A stretch of DNA of 64,000 nucleotides from Mantamonas sphyraenae STR306 (lineage: Eukaryota; Protista; CRuMs), in assembly GCA_026936335.1 (NCBI GenBank), contig JAPMXV010000057.1:299437-363436 (forward strand), read 5' to 3'. Below, one piece after another: positions 39,601-48,953 of the stretch (position 1 is its first letter; each line of letters starts with the position of its first letter). The position numbers and the translations under genes were made by a program. Under the pieces are notes generated by a model that worked only from the letters and a program-made list of their open reading frames with translations, did not search any database and was not told where the DNA came from.

Positions 39601-41805
39601 TGGGGCGTCGATGCTGACCGTGGTAAGGTTTTCGCAGCGAGAGAGGTCGAGGACGGAGAGGCTGGGAAAATCGAGGTAGCCGATGTCCATGAGTGGAGAG
39701 ACAAGGGAGATGCCTGGGCAGGAGGAGAGGTTGAGGCGTTCGAGGAGTGGGCAATTTGTACAGATCCAGCGGACGGAGGCGTCTGTGATCTGTGGGCATG
39801 CCTCGAGGTCGAGGTAGACAATGGAGGGGGAGGACTGAAGGACGCTTTGGAGGCGAGAGTCTGAGAGTGTGGAGCAGTGCGGTGCGCGGAGGGTGGCGAG
39901 GGAGCGGGAGTAGAGCATGTCGATGACATCGTCCTGGAGGGCGGAGTCTGCAAAGAAGCGGGACTGGGAGAGGATGTGGTTTGCAACAAACTCGACGTGG
40001 TAGTCGATTTCCAGTTCGCCGAGGCGGCGGACAGCGCGGTCAAGGATGATACGGTCGTCTGGGCGTTGGTCAAGGTCGATGGAATCGATGGAGGAGACGA
40101 GCTCGTGGACGGCAATGTACTCGTGGCCAGCTTGCTCGAGGGTGACGCGGAGAAAGTCAAAGTTTGTGGCGTGGGCGTCGAGGATCTGGTCGCGGGAGCT
40201 GTTTGGATAGACGGCGGCGACGATGGCGTCAAAGTCGAGGCGAGTGTGAAGGAGGTAGTGCTGGATGTCGGAGTTTTGTGTGATGGGAGCATCGGGGAGG
40301 ATCTTAAAGTCCTGCTCGGCGGACGGGTGGAGCTTGAGGTGTGTTGGGGCAAAGGCTTGGCGCCATTGGATGAGCGGGTTGATGTTTGGGCGGAGGTATT
40401 GGGCGTAGAAGGAGCCGAGGAAGGGCTCGACGTTTTTGAGAACGTCGAGGTGTGTGATCTGTGGGGAGTCGTCGCCGAGGGTTTGGAAGAGGTGCTTGAG
40501 GCGGGTGAGGCGAATGTAGAGATCCTGGATGGAGCCGCGCGGGAGAAGAAGGGAGGCGAGGGTGGACTCTTCGCGGGGCCTGCTGATGCCGAGGAAGGAG
40601 GTGAAGGAGGAGGCGAGGTTGGAGGCGTTGTACATGTTTGTGAGGTGGTCTGGAGTGGCGACGTTGTTGAGGCGCTGGTTGTACATCTGGAGGGCGTCGA
40701 GCCATTGGGAGAGAGGTTTGGCAATGTCCATGTCTTGGACGGCGCGGACGAGGGATGGGTGGATGGGGTGGAGCATGTCTGGGAGGCAGAAGAGCGCGTT
40801 CTTGACCTGCGGGAGGAGCTTGGATCCGCTGCGTGTGAAGGGGGCGACAAAGATGCGATCTGCGTCGACGAGGCAGAGAGAGTAGGGCTGAGGATCGTTT
40901 TCAGAGGCTGGGCTGTGGACAAGGACGAAATCGTCTGTTTTGGCGCTCTCTGGGTGGAGGAGGAGGGTGAGGAGGAACATGTTTGAGAAGGAGAGCGGGT
41001 TGATGGAGGAGGATGAGGTCGGGGAGAGAGGAGGAGGAGAGGAGGAAGAGGAAGAAGAGGAAGAAGAGGAGGAGGGCGAGGCGTCTGTGGCGGGGGGGCT
41101 GAGGTAGGGGTGTTGGGGAGGAAGGGAAAAGAGAAAGTGGGTGAGGTCCGGGCCGTGGATGGCCGGCGTGACGTGGACGGGTACGCGTTCACCGTCGGCG
41201 AGGGAAAGGATCCAGAGGTCGGCCTCGGGGACGAGAGAAGGGGAGGCGTTGGGGAAGAGGAGGTGGGCGAGCGAGTGTGCGGCTTGGTGGAGAGCAGGAA
41301 ACTCGGGCCAGAACTTGAGAAAGAGGGTGAGGTCGTACTGCATAAGGTGGACAGGGACGACCATATGGCGGCCGAGAGTGATACGATAGGGGTCTACGGA
41401 CGGGGAAGGGTTGTCTGAGGAGGATGAAGAGGTCTTGACGGTGTCGAGGAGGGAGGAAAAGGCGTTGCCGACGCCGGTGCCGATGGCGCGGAAGTTGAGC
41501 AGGGAGGAGTCTTGGGCGTCTGCATCGGCGGCAGCCTTGGGTACTTGAGAGCGGGAGACAAAGTGGTAGCCGTCGCTGCGTTGGCGGAGGGCGCCAAAGT
41601 GGACGAGTTGGGCGAGAATGTCTGCGTGGAGGGCGCGCTGGGTGCTGGGTGTGGAGGAGGAGAAGAAGGAGGAGATGGAAGAGGAGGAGGAGGAGGAGGA
41701 GGATTCGATGTCGCCATCGAGGAGAAGGGAGGTGACGAGGAGAGGGGAGGCGGTGTCGTCGGTGGCGAGAGGGAGGAGACGCTTGAGGTTTGCGGAGGAG
41801 TGCAT
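36640..41805 (-). CDS. Multidomain protein: PI3/4-kinase-like + LRR + Ras-like GTPase + F-box + LRR
   Basis: LFLKFWPEFPAL..FSNMFLLTLLLHPE..LVDAD..KNALFCLPDM. P-loop GPANTGK and G4 NKAD. F-box LDKSTLRRIFSHLSLPDRFKCRRVCSRW. Confidence 0.82.
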   Translation of the reverse strand: MHSSANLKRLLPLATDDTASPLLVTSLLLDGDIESSSSSSSSSISSFFSSSTPSTQRALHADILAQLVHFGALRQRSDGYHFVSRSQVPKAAADADAQDSSLLNFRAIGTGVGNAFSSLLDTVKTSSSSSDNPSPSVDPYRITLGRHMVVPVHLMQYDLTLFLKFWPEFPALHQAAHSLAHLLFPNASPSLVPEADLWILSLADGERVPVHVTPAIHGPDLTHFLFSLPPQHPYLSPPATDASPSSSSSSSSSSSSPPPLSPTSSSSINPLSFSNMFLLTLLLHPESAKTDDFVLVHSPASENDPQPYSLCLVDADRIFVAPFTRSGSKLLPQVKNALFCLPDMLHPIHPSLVRAVQDMDIAKPLSQWLDALQMYNQRLNNVATPDHLTNMYNASNLASSFTSFLGISRPREESTLASLLLPRGSIQDLYIRLTRLKHLFQTLGDDSPQITHLDVLKNVEPFLGSFYAQYLRPNINPLIQWRQAFAPTHLKLHPSAEQDFKILPDAPITQNSDIQHYLLHTRLDFDAIVAAVYPNSSRDQILDAHATNFDFLRVTLEQAGHEYIAVHELVSSIDSIDLDQRPDDRIILDRAVRRLGELEIDYHVEFVANHILSQSRFFADSALQDDVIDMLYSRSLATLRAPHCSTLSDSRLQSVLQSSPSIVYLDLEACPQITDASVRWICTNCPLLERLNLSSCPGISLVSPLMDIGYLDFPSLSVLDLSRCENLTTVSIDAPQLSFLDLSNCESLVKPLAFSQNQAMTVDLSNCPQLTSPRLQRFAQMDAQFAVLLLDGCHDVVRHSDIQQHPWISRYDVQAFVRKHARLMHWLSPVAQRHDDHDDQHDDDNDGHSQAPAPFMSAGSLRLGDDAACIIAGMLHDNTHITSLDLSANGLGPQTAQRISAMLKDNTSLRHLFLRNNSFGTEGATALADALSRNATLQRLHLQGNAFDHRSAHILVAALCNNPDTRIEVLDLRSNHLVDSEAMAITDAMRSILPQRIAMYGQIYLTDTVSMVDEMDMNMLIMGPANTGKYTLMAALAQQTFSKGTEFLLVGDTYARAVTWTNGTRYSVAMHLMTTNKRTFKTASSSFADRMPIGTPPPDVVLLLLALDQPSTLHQAASCKTEIDSWSLDSVYVFAVANKADVPTHAFASTQLDDLCRDQHLHGWMYATKEDPRKPAALLRTVTEVHQLQSWRSVAQRQQRFALEQRIDQDRSMIHRTTMQDLDKSTLRRIFSHLSLPDRFKCRRVCSRWKHVLNDANVWKHLDLSVHTHDLSHRMILSLSSVATNVESLRVRGPRIVDGHLEVLLGSEAVSVQHLWMQDCTNLGNSGVLSIAYRYSALRSLHLHNCPLINERSLDDLLQRCNNIDSLEFVNCASMSTKRMAAIIAQHAASLTRLVYCAPDAVDRKRTNSVSSSSSSSSSSSSSSSSEASQSELGLPGFQGLGTNCHQLRQLELAGFTDIQEGDWKVLGEHLTSLTSLKLTNCSGVTADGLKLLANACEPTLTSLQLVQVQSMQQEMIDILPTAFPNLRHLTVALPRGSDNEKLGQGDANISLAHAATHSTLLTSICLIAWPCDYAQDFARFDAPQAIREIHLDAVPEASPQHLETLLLPFTSLSTLRIRRCPWITAAHLLSINAVLPTLVELDLQSSHNLEDLQGLAPSDALQCLNVLDCPLLPTSSIFDTVKHTFPGLRRLCSDSMDTDELVQLQQQHTTLDVDTRRLHG

Positions 41806-41862
41806 GGGGTTGTGGTTGGCGGTGGGTGCGCCAAGGGAATTGAAGTTGTGCGTGAGACAAGA

Positions 41863-42636
41863 ATGAGTCGTGGGGAAGAAGAGAAAGTGGATGTGAGTGA
41901 GTCGGTTGTGGAGGAGGAGGGCGTGGAGAGGTCAACGGAAGGGGCGGAGGGCGGACACACGGAGGACGTGCTGGAACTGGAGATGCCGCCGGCAGACTTT
42001 ATGCGGGACTTTGTGGTGCCAGACTTGGCACCGGCGTCGCCAAAGACAAAGCAGCGGATCCTGAGGCAAGCGAGGCAGCCGTCGCCGCTGTCGTTTGCGT
42101 CGTCGCGAAAGGAGCTGGAGTCACACACGGTGGGGGCGAGCGCGGAGAGCAAGGAGGGGGAGCTGATGGAAGCGTGTAGGAAGAACGATGTGGAACGTGT
42201 GGGGGTGCTGTTGAAGGAGGACGGGGTGGATATGGAGCACAACGACCTGCACGGGATCACGCCGCTGATGGCGGCAGCGGAGGCCGGGGCGGAGGAGGTG
42301 GTGCAGCTGTTGCTGGACATGGATGCAGACACGGAGCATGTGAACGACATGGGAGAGTCTGCGCTGTTTTATGCGGCACGTACGGGGAGGGTGGCGGTGG
42401 CGCGGCAGTTGCTGAAGGCACGAGCGGATGTGAACCACGAGGACCAGGCTGGAGGGACGTCGCTCATGCAAGCGGTGTTGAGGAATGATTTGGAAATGGT
42501 GGAGTTGTTGATTGAGCACTGTGCCAAGGTGAACCACCCGGATCATTCAGGTCGTACAGCGGCGTCTCTGGCGAGCGAGAATGGATTGCGGTTGTTGAGT
42601 GGATTGTTGACGACGTATAATACGTTGTACGCGTGA
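41863..42636 (+). CDS. Ankyrin-repeat protein
   Basis: About five ANK repeats (GITPLMAAA, GESALFYAA, GGTSLMQAV, GRTAASLA). First ATG downstream of the divergent neighbour is at 41863. Confidence 0.9.
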   Translation: MSRGEEEKVDVSESVVEEEGVERSTEGAEGGHTEDVLELEMPPADFMRDFVVPDLAPASPKTKQRILRQARQPSPLSFASSRKELESHTVGASAESKEGELMEACRKNDVERVGVLLKEDGVDMEHNDLHGITPLMAAAEAGAEEVVQLLLDMDADTEHVNDMGESALFYAARTGRVAVARQLLKARADVNHEDQAGGTSLMQAVLRNDLEMVELLIEHCAKVNHPDHSGRTAASLASENGLRLLSGLLTTYNTLYA

Positions 42637-42658
42637 AAGAGGGTGGGAGGGAGGGGGT

Positions 42659-43303
42659 TCAGAGATTGTAGCGGCCCTTGATCTTTCTGTACTTGGCAAA
42701 CTTGATGATCTCCATGAGTTGGTCGGTGATGTACTGTGGTTTTGTGGTGATGGGTGGTGTGGTGGTGGGTGAGGATGGGTGAGGGGTGTGTGGTGGTGGG
42801 TGGTGTGGTGAGGGGTGTGTGGTGAGGGGTGGTGTGGTGAGGGTGTGTAGGGTGGTGGTGTGTGGTGTGTCTTGGTGTTGGCGAAGATTCTCGAGGACGC
42901 GAGGTGGTGCGGGAAGGCGGGGGCGAGACTGGTCAAGTTAAGGGGCAACGTACTTCTGTCTTTTCGTAGGCGGCATCGAGCTTGGCCTGGTCGGTCTCGT
43001 CAGCCATGGCGAAAAACTGTGGTTTTGCTTTGCGGCGGATGACCTCGACGCCGCCTTCGGGCCAGTCGCGCCCAACAAAGATGAGCTGCGAAGGAGGAGA
43101 GAGGGAGAACAAGAGGGACACAAAGAGAGGTGAGGGTTAGCGAGGAAGGGAGGGTGTGTGCGGGGAAGGGGGGCTTAAAAGGCGGCGACGGAGGAATGGG
43201 TGGCGACGGAGGGATGGGTGGATGGGTTGCGACGTACGTGTTTGTACAAGTGCTTGGCCCTCCTGGAGTTGCGCAGCATGCGTGCCGCGTCGCCAGAGGA
43301 CAT
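42659..43303 (-). CDS. LYRM5: LYR-motif protein 5 / ETF regulatory factor 1, 3 exons; not resolved in the ORF track
   Basis: Exons 43303-43238, 43085-42954 and 42733-42659 give LYKH|LIFVGRDWPEG...F...|YITDQLMEIIKFAKYRKIKGRY, matching LYKxLLYLGRDYP..KYRAMKxRY. Confidence 0.85.
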
Positions 43304-43371
43304 TGGAGGTGGTTGGGAAGGATTTGGGGAATTTGTTGGCACTGCTGGCGCGTGTGGGGCGACAAGGCCAG

Positions 43372-44139
43372 TCACTCGGTCTTGTCAGCCTTTGCCTTGG
43401 CGGCTGATCGCTCGTTCCACTTGCCGTAGCCCTCCACGGCCTCCATGGCGTACTTGACGCCGTTCCAAAAGTGCAGGCCAATGCACAGAGCAGAAAAGTA
43501 GCGCGGGATGTCGGGGCTCAGCTTGCCTTCGATGTAGTGGGCCCACATTGTGAACAGGCTGATGCTCATGAGGGGCGCGCGCAGGTACCACTGGATTTTG
43601 GCGTTGAGGCGCTTCTCGGTGAGCTTATCCATCAGACCTTGTTTGACAAGGACCAGCATGAGGTAGTCGATGCCTCCAGGCAAGCCTGAGAGGGCAAACG
43701 AACCAAGATTGGTCATTGCACCCGCCCCCTGCTTGTAGGGGATAGCTAGGCCACAAAGGACAAGGACAAAGACGACATGGTGAAAGATCTCGTCGGCGCG
43801 GAGTTTAAAAAAGACCGTGTGATAGATGTGGATGGCGGTGATGGCCGAGATCGGAATGATCGAATGAACGGGACCATTGTAGGCGTTTTGGGGATCCGAG
43901 AACAGTCTGGAGACGTCGCCCCATGAAGTGACGACGACAACGATGTTGGCCAAGAGATGCAAAGCGAAGTAGCGAGCACCGGGCTTCAACAAGGGGCGAA
44001 CCAGGGCAAAGTCGACAAGGAAGAGCAGCCCCAACCCGGCACCAATGAACACAAGGTCCTCGTTGTAGCCGTCGAGAGGGCCTCCGGGGCGAAAGAGAGG
44101 CGAAACGGGAGGCGGGGCAAAGAACGAGAGCAGTTCCAT
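43372..44139 (-). CDS. TLC (TRAM/LAG1/CLN8) domain membrane protein
   Basis: RYFALH, HIYH, EIFHH and SGLPGGIDYLML, with multiple TM segments. Confidence 0.75.
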   Translation of the reverse strand: MELLSFFAPPPVSPLFRPGGPLDGYNEDLVFIGAGLGLLFLVDFALVRPLLKPGARYFALHLLANIVVVVTSWGDVSRLFSDPQNAYNGPVHSIIPISAITAIHIYHTVFFKLRADEIFHHVVFVLVLCGLAIPYKQGAGAMTNLGSFALSGLPGGIDYLMLVLVKQGLMDKLTEKRLNAKIQWYLRAPLMSISLFTMWAHYIEGKLSPDIPRYFSALCIGLHFWNGVKYAMEAVEGYGKWNERSAAKAKADKTE

Positions 44140-44183
44140 TGTTGGGGGTTTTCGATGCGTCGATGCGCGCGCGCGGCACCTGC

Positions 44184-47100
44184 TCACTGGACAATCACCT
44201 CGACAAACACACCGACGGCGACAGAAAACACGAGACCGACAAGGGCACGTGTAAACGGGCGCGTGAGCTCAAAGCCGAGGAGGTGGAACTTGCGGTCGCA
44301 CTTTTCGATGACGGTGATGAGTTTCTGGAGCATTCGCTCGCAGCTCTCAAAGTTGTTCTTGACAGCGAGGCTGGTGACGTTGTCGAGATTCATCTGGTAG
44401 TTGAGGCGCCACTGGTATTTGGCAAGAGCCTGGATGTGGATGTCGTTGAGGTCGTTGATGTGGATGCCGAGGGTCATGATCTGGGCGACGTAGACGCCGA
44501 CGGTGACGACCTCAAAAATGGCGAGGAGGATGTGTGCGTTGAACTGAACGTTGGGCTGAAAGAGAGAGAGGAAAATGACAAAGAGGCTGATGCCCTCGGC
44601 GAGGAGAACAAAGCCGACAAAGAGCTCCATCCAGCGGAAGCGCCAGAGCTCGGTCCACTGAAAGTAGATGCGCATCTTGCTCCAGGCGACGATGTTTGCG
44701 CGTTGCTTCAGGTCGAGGAAGGGCAACTTCATCTTTTGAGAGCGGCGCTTGCTGTGGAGGGTGGTAAAGGTGTCCATGCGCATGTAGTAGCGCCAAAAGT
44801 TAAAGACGGTGCAGGCGAGGAGGTAAAAGACGAGGTAGCTAAAGACAAAGTTGGGGATGGGCATGACGACGGTGGCGAGGGTGTTGTAGAGGGAGGTTGT
44901 GATGAACATGGGCTTTGCGGTGACGAGGCGAAAGAGGTGAGGGATGAGAACGCGGATGACGGAGACGAGGAGGACGATGGTGAGGGCCTTGTTCCAGTGG
45001 CGATCGGTGCGCAGCTGGTAGGCTTCCTCGACGCGGTTGCGGATGCGGCTCATGATCATGCCGGCAGTCCAGGTGCCGCTGATCTGTTCGGCCTCTTCGG
45101 GCTCGAGCTTGACGTGGACGTCCTGCGGGCGGACGGTGATGGGCAAGGGATAGGCCTCTGTGAGCTGCTTCTTTGTTTTGAGCTCGTCAAACACAGTCTT
45201 GTCGTCGCCGAGGTCGTTGGAAAAGATGTTTGAAAAGATGAGGGCGATGTTGATGGAGATGAAGATGTGGAGGTAGAGGGGCGAGACGATTTCAAAGAAG
45301 CCGATGTTGCGGTCAAACGCGCCGGGCTGCCAGTAGGGAACAAAGGGCATGGCGATGAGGAGGATGTAGGCCGGGGCGATGAGGAGGAGCCAGACGAGGC
45401 CAGTGCCAAAGGTAATGCGCTTGTAGTTAACAAAGGAGGTCCAGCGCGTGGGGAGGAGCCAGACGAGGAAGTAGCTGATGGCTTTGAGCTCGGGAAGGTA
45501 GAGGACAAACCAGATGGTGATTGGGAGGAAGAGCATGGTGAAGAAAAAGGCGAAGAAGTTGTGCCAAAAGGGCCGCAGGAGATCCTTGAGGGTTTCGCTC
45601 TTGAGGTTGCGGAGGGCAAGGTAGGTGTTGCCCTTGCGAAAGACATCCTGTCCGTCGCGGCCGCCCTTGCGCATGGCGCGCTTGTAGTCCTTTGCAGTGA
45701 CGTCGTCGCCATTCTTGAAGGACTCGAGGAGAAGTGCCTCTGCGTCGGTGATGGTCTTTGCCATGGCATGCTTTTGGGCGTCGTGTGGGGTGTTGCGGTG
45801 CGTTTGTGAGTGGCTGAGGTTTGAGACGCGGTCGCGGCTGAGGGTGCGGCGTGTGCCGAGGGTGCTCTGGGCACGTGTCTGGGGCATGGCGTGCATTTCG
45901 GAGTTTTGTCGATTGATGTTTGCCATGGAGCGCCAATGCTGGCCGGCGGCCATGGTGGAGTAGAGGGGCTGGGGTTGGTGGTGTTGCGGGGCGGCCTGCT
46001 GCTGTTGGTCCTGGACTGTAGCCGCCCACTCGGCACGGTCAGCGCGTGTGATGGTGCGTCCGATATTTGGGTGTGCGGGAGGTGGGCCTGTGGCGGGCTG
46101 GCTTGTGCCGGCAGCGGCGACGGCGTGTGTGGCAGCAGCGGCGCGTGCGCGCATGGTGTGGACGAGCTGTGCGAGTTCGTCCATGCCGATGACGACGGAG
46201 GAGTTGTTGTTGACAGAGGCACTGCCCGTGCGTGTGAGTCGAGCGACTTCTTGCTGGAGGAGCTGTTTGTCGATGGGCTGCTGGCTGGCGAAGGATTCGC
46301 GAGCGTTGGCTTGGCGGACGAGGGAGTTGCGTCTGTTCTGCATGGCAGCGAGGGAGCCACGGCCCATGCCACGTGTGGGCAGGGCGGGATCAGAGTGCTG
46401 AGCATGCATGGCGGGCTGGTGTTCGTGCTGTTGCATCTGGGAAAGGAAGGCGTCGTCGACGACGACGTCTGTGTCGGCCTGGGTTGCGTTTGTGACTGCT
46501 GCCTGGTCTTGCAGGCCCTTGGGGATGTGGTTGGCGGGTCGTTTGATCAGAAAGCCGCCGTCCTCGTCGGAGGAGTCGTCCGAGTCTGAGGAGGTGGGTT
46601 GTTGTTCGGCTGCTTCTTGTTGTTGTTGTTGTTGGAGGAGGAGGCCCTTGGGAACGTGGTTTGCCGGGCGGCGTACGAGGAAGCCTCCGTCATCGTCACT
46701 GTCGTCGTCGGAAGAAGAAGAGATGTGGGGAACGGCGGGAGCGGTGGCGTCGAGGGTGGGCTCGCTTGCAAGGGGATCCGAGTCCGGGAGGGGCGGTGGG
46801 GCGTTGGAGACAACGTGTGTGGATGGCTGTTGCTGCTGTTGCTGTTGTTGCTGTTGTTGCTGTAGGAGGAGGCCTTTGGGCACGTGGTTGGCCGGGCGGC
46901 GGACAAGAAAGCCGCCGTCTTCGTCGGATTCTTCGTCGGAGTCTTCGTCGTCGTTGTCCGAGACATCGTTTGCGGAGGACGGGTGGGAAGAAGGAGGCGG
47001 GGAGGCGGCTGGGTCGACGGCGTCGTTGTCAGAGTCGGCGTTGTCAAACTGGGACATGTCGATTTGAAAGTCGTCGACGCGCTGTTGGGAAGTTGCAGGC

Positions 47101-47699
47101 GCATGGGTCGGGGAGTGGTCATGCTGGCGGAGGACAGCGAGATCGACGGCTTCCATGGAAATGGGCTCGTCGTTGTCGTCATCGTCGATCGAGTCGGGCA
47201 TGGGGGAGGTGAGTTGGGTTGTGTGGTGGCGCAGGGCGAGGGGACCGGCACCGGTGGCCGTGTTGGGCGCGTTTGCTCGGTTGGCGGCCGGGTGTGTGCG
47301 CTGCGGGGGCAGGGTGATCTGGAAATCGTCGTCGTCGTCGTCGTCGTCTTCGGTGGACTGTGTGCGGAGTCCGCCTTGTTTACGTCTGCTAAAGGTGCCG
47401 GTAAAGACATTGCGGCGGAAGGAACTGAATCGGCCAGCCTTTTGGGCGTCGTCGTCGTCGGCAGAGGGCTGCGATGAGGGGTTTTTGTTCTTCTTGCGAC
47501 CGCCGAGGACAACAGTACCGTCGTTGAGGGTGACCTCGTTGTCCATGCGGTGCTTGCGGATCTGGGCGTCGTAGAGCTGCTGGGCGTTTTCCGGGTCGTC
47601 ACCCTGGGCCATGGCGGCAGATAAGGCGGCAGCCTCGGCCTTTGTGATGCGCCTGTCGAGTTGCTGCTTCTTGTCGGAGCCGGAGGGAGTGGAGCTCAT
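44184..47699 (-). CDS. PHTF-like / 7TM ion-channel superfamily membrane protein with long disordered N-terminus
   Basis: The C-terminal ~450 aa is multi-TM. SKRRSQKMKLPFLDLKQRANIVAWSKMRIYF and FHLLGFELT resemble recalled PHTF motifs (RRARKSEVPHFRL..NIKMWLSLRSY; PFKISG). Confidence 0.65.
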   Translation of the reverse strand: MSSTPSGSDKKQQLDRRITKAEAAALSAAMAQGDDPENAQQLYDAQIRKHRMDNEVTLNDGTVVLGGRKKNKNPSSQPSADDDDAQKAGRFSSFRRNVFTGTFSRRKQGGLRTQSTEDDDDDDDDFQITLPPQRTHPAANRANAPNTATGAGPLALRHHTTQLTSPMPDSIDDDDNDEPISMEAVDLAVLRQHDHSPTHAPATSQQRVDDFQIDMSQFDNADSDNDAVDPAASPPPSSHPSSANDVSDNDDEDSDEESDEDGGFLVRRPANHVPKGLLLQQQQQQQQQQQQPSTHVVSNAPPPLPDSDPLASEPTLDATAPAVPHISSSSDDDSDDDGGFLVRRPANHVPKGLLLQQQQQQEAAEQQPTSSDSDDSSDEDGGFLIKRPANHIPKGLQDQAAVTNATQADTDVVVDDAFLSQMQQHEHQPAMHAQHSDPALPTRGMGRGSLAAMQNRRNSLVRQANARESFASQQPIDKQLLQQEVARLTRTGSASVNNNSSVVIGMDELAQLVHTMRARAAAATHAVAAAGTSQPATGPPPAHPNIGRTITRADRAEWAATVQDQQQQAAPQHHQPQPLYSTMAAGQHWRSMANINRQNSEMHAMPQTRAQSTLGTRRTLSRDRVSNLSHSQTHRNTPHDAQKHAMAKTITDAEALLLESFKNGDDVTAKDYKRAMRKGGRDGQDVFRKGNTYLALRNLKSETLKDLLRPFWHNFFAFFFTMLFLPITIWFVLYLPELKAISYFLVWLLPTRWTSFVNYKRITFGTGLVWLLLIAPAYILLIAMPFVPYWQPGAFDRNIGFFEIVSPLYLHIFISINIALIFSNIFSNDLGDDKTVFDELKTKKQLTEAYPLPITVRPQDVHVKLEPEEAEQISGTWTAGMIMSRIRNRVEEAYQLRTDRHWNKALTIVLLVSVIRVLIPHLFRLVTAKPMFITTSLYNTLATVVMPIPNFVFSYLVFYLLACTVFNFWRYYMRMDTFTTLHSKRRSQKMKLPFLDLKQRANIVAWSKMRIYFQWTELWRFRWMELFVGFVLLAEGISLFVIFLSLFQPNVQFNAHILLAIFEVVTVGVYVAQIMTLGIHINDLNDIHIQALAKYQWRLNYQMNLDNVTSLAVKNNFESCERMLQKLITVIEKCDRKFHLLGFELTRPFTRALVGLVFSVAVGVFVEVIVQ

Positions 47700-47738
47700 G
47701 GGCCGTTGGGTGCAGAGGCGCGGGCGGAGGCAGGAACG

Positions 47739-48953
47739 ATGAGCATCAACAACAGCGACGCACGGGGAGAAAAGGGGAGCAAGGCGGCGCTGTTGGGTGG
47801 GCGTGCAGCAGAAAGCGGGTATCAGGACATGAGTGCGCACCTGTTTCGGGATGCCGAGGACGAGAAGCGGTACAACGGGCGGGACTGGACGGCGATTGGG
47901 TTGTCTGCAGGCTACCTGTTGGTGTCGACGATAACGCCGCTGTTCAACAAGTACGTGTTTGCAGACAGCAACTTTCCGTATCCGCTGACGGTGACGTTTG
48001 TGCAGGTGATGGTGTCTGCGCTGGTGCTGATGGGGGTGTCTGTGGGGCGGCATGTGGCGTGCGGAAAATCCACGCGCACATTGTTTGACCAGGAGTCGTG
48101 TGTGTTTGACAGCATGCTGCAGTTCAAGGTGGCGCAGCTGTGGTTTGTGGCGCTACTGTTTGCAGGGAACATCGGAATGACGAATGTGGGCCTGCATTTG
48201 GTGAACGCAAACGTGCACATTCTGATTCGTGCGGGAGATGTGGTGTGGATCGTGCTGTTTGCGTACCTGATCCGGCACGAGGTGCCGTCGTGGCAGACGC
48301 TGGTGTGTTGCGGAGGTCTTGTGGGAGGGACGGTGATGGTGGGGCTGAATCTGGCGCGTGGCGGCGCGCAGGACAGCGGACTGGCGCTTGTGATCAATGT
48401 GGCGTCGGGGCTCGTGGCAGGGTTGCAGCTGGGCGTGCTTCGGCACCAAGTGCGCAAGGTGCAAGAAGAGGTGCCGAGCATGACGGTGTTGGAGATCGCG
48501 TGCTTCAAACTGTTCCTGGCAGGGCTTGTGCTGCTGCCGGTGGCACTGGTCGTGGAACCGGGGGCGTTTGTGGTGCTGATGCAGTGCTCGGCGCGCGTGT
48601 GTGCACTGGTTGTGTTTGGCATTGCAATGACGCTGACTTATCAGAGCATCAATGTGGGCCTGGCGTCGTACACGCGTGTACTGAGCGTGGCGCTTCTGAA
48701 CCAAAGCAAGGTGCTTCCACAGGTGCTTCTGGCGATCCTGCTGTTCCACAAGTTTGAGGTGACGGCATTGCACATTGCAGGTGCGCTGCTGATCATTGTG
48801 AGCAGCGTGGCATACGGAGTTGTGCGCTACCTCGGGTTGCACAAGAGCGAGCTGGATGACGAGGAAGTGCGCGACGACTCGTTTCTGTGGAGTTCGACGG
48901 TGTTGACGTTTCCTCGACTGGGAGGCCGTAGCGTGAGTGTGAGCGAGGGGTAG
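47739..48953 (+). CDS. SLC35/TPT-family nucleotide-sugar transporter
   Basis: LFNKYVFADSNFPYPLTVTFVQ, NIGMTNVGL and about 10 TM segments. Confidence 0.88.
   Translation: MSINNSDARGEKGSKAALLGGRAAESGYQDMSAHLFRDAEDEKRYNGRDWTAIGLSAGYLLVSTITPLFNKYVFADSNFPYPLTVTFVQVMVSALVLMGVSVGRHVACGKSTRTLFDQESCVFDSMLQFKVAQLWFVALLFAGNIGMTNVGLHLVNANVHILIRAGDVVWIVLFAYLIRHEVPSWQTLVCCGGLVGGTVMVGLNLARGGAQDSGLALVINVASGLVAGLQLGVLRHQVRKVQEEVPSMTVLEIACFKLFLAGLVLLPVALVVEPGAFVVLMQCSARVCALVVFGIAMTLTYQSINVGLASYTRVLSVALLNQSKVLPQVLLAILLFHKFEVTALHIAGALLIIVSSVAYGVVRYLGLHKSELDDEEVRDDSFLWSSTVLTFPRLGGRSVSVSEG

Noticed and set aside
27496-41805. Canonical NLR (NACHT/NB-ARC) or Roco proteins
   Set aside because: No STAND NTPase motifs or COR domain were seen; the only P-loop is Ras-like.
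42740-42870. GGT/GT-rich tract resembling an interstitial telomere
   Set aside because: It has no TTAGGG units. It lies in LYRM5 intron 2 and reflects the local skew.
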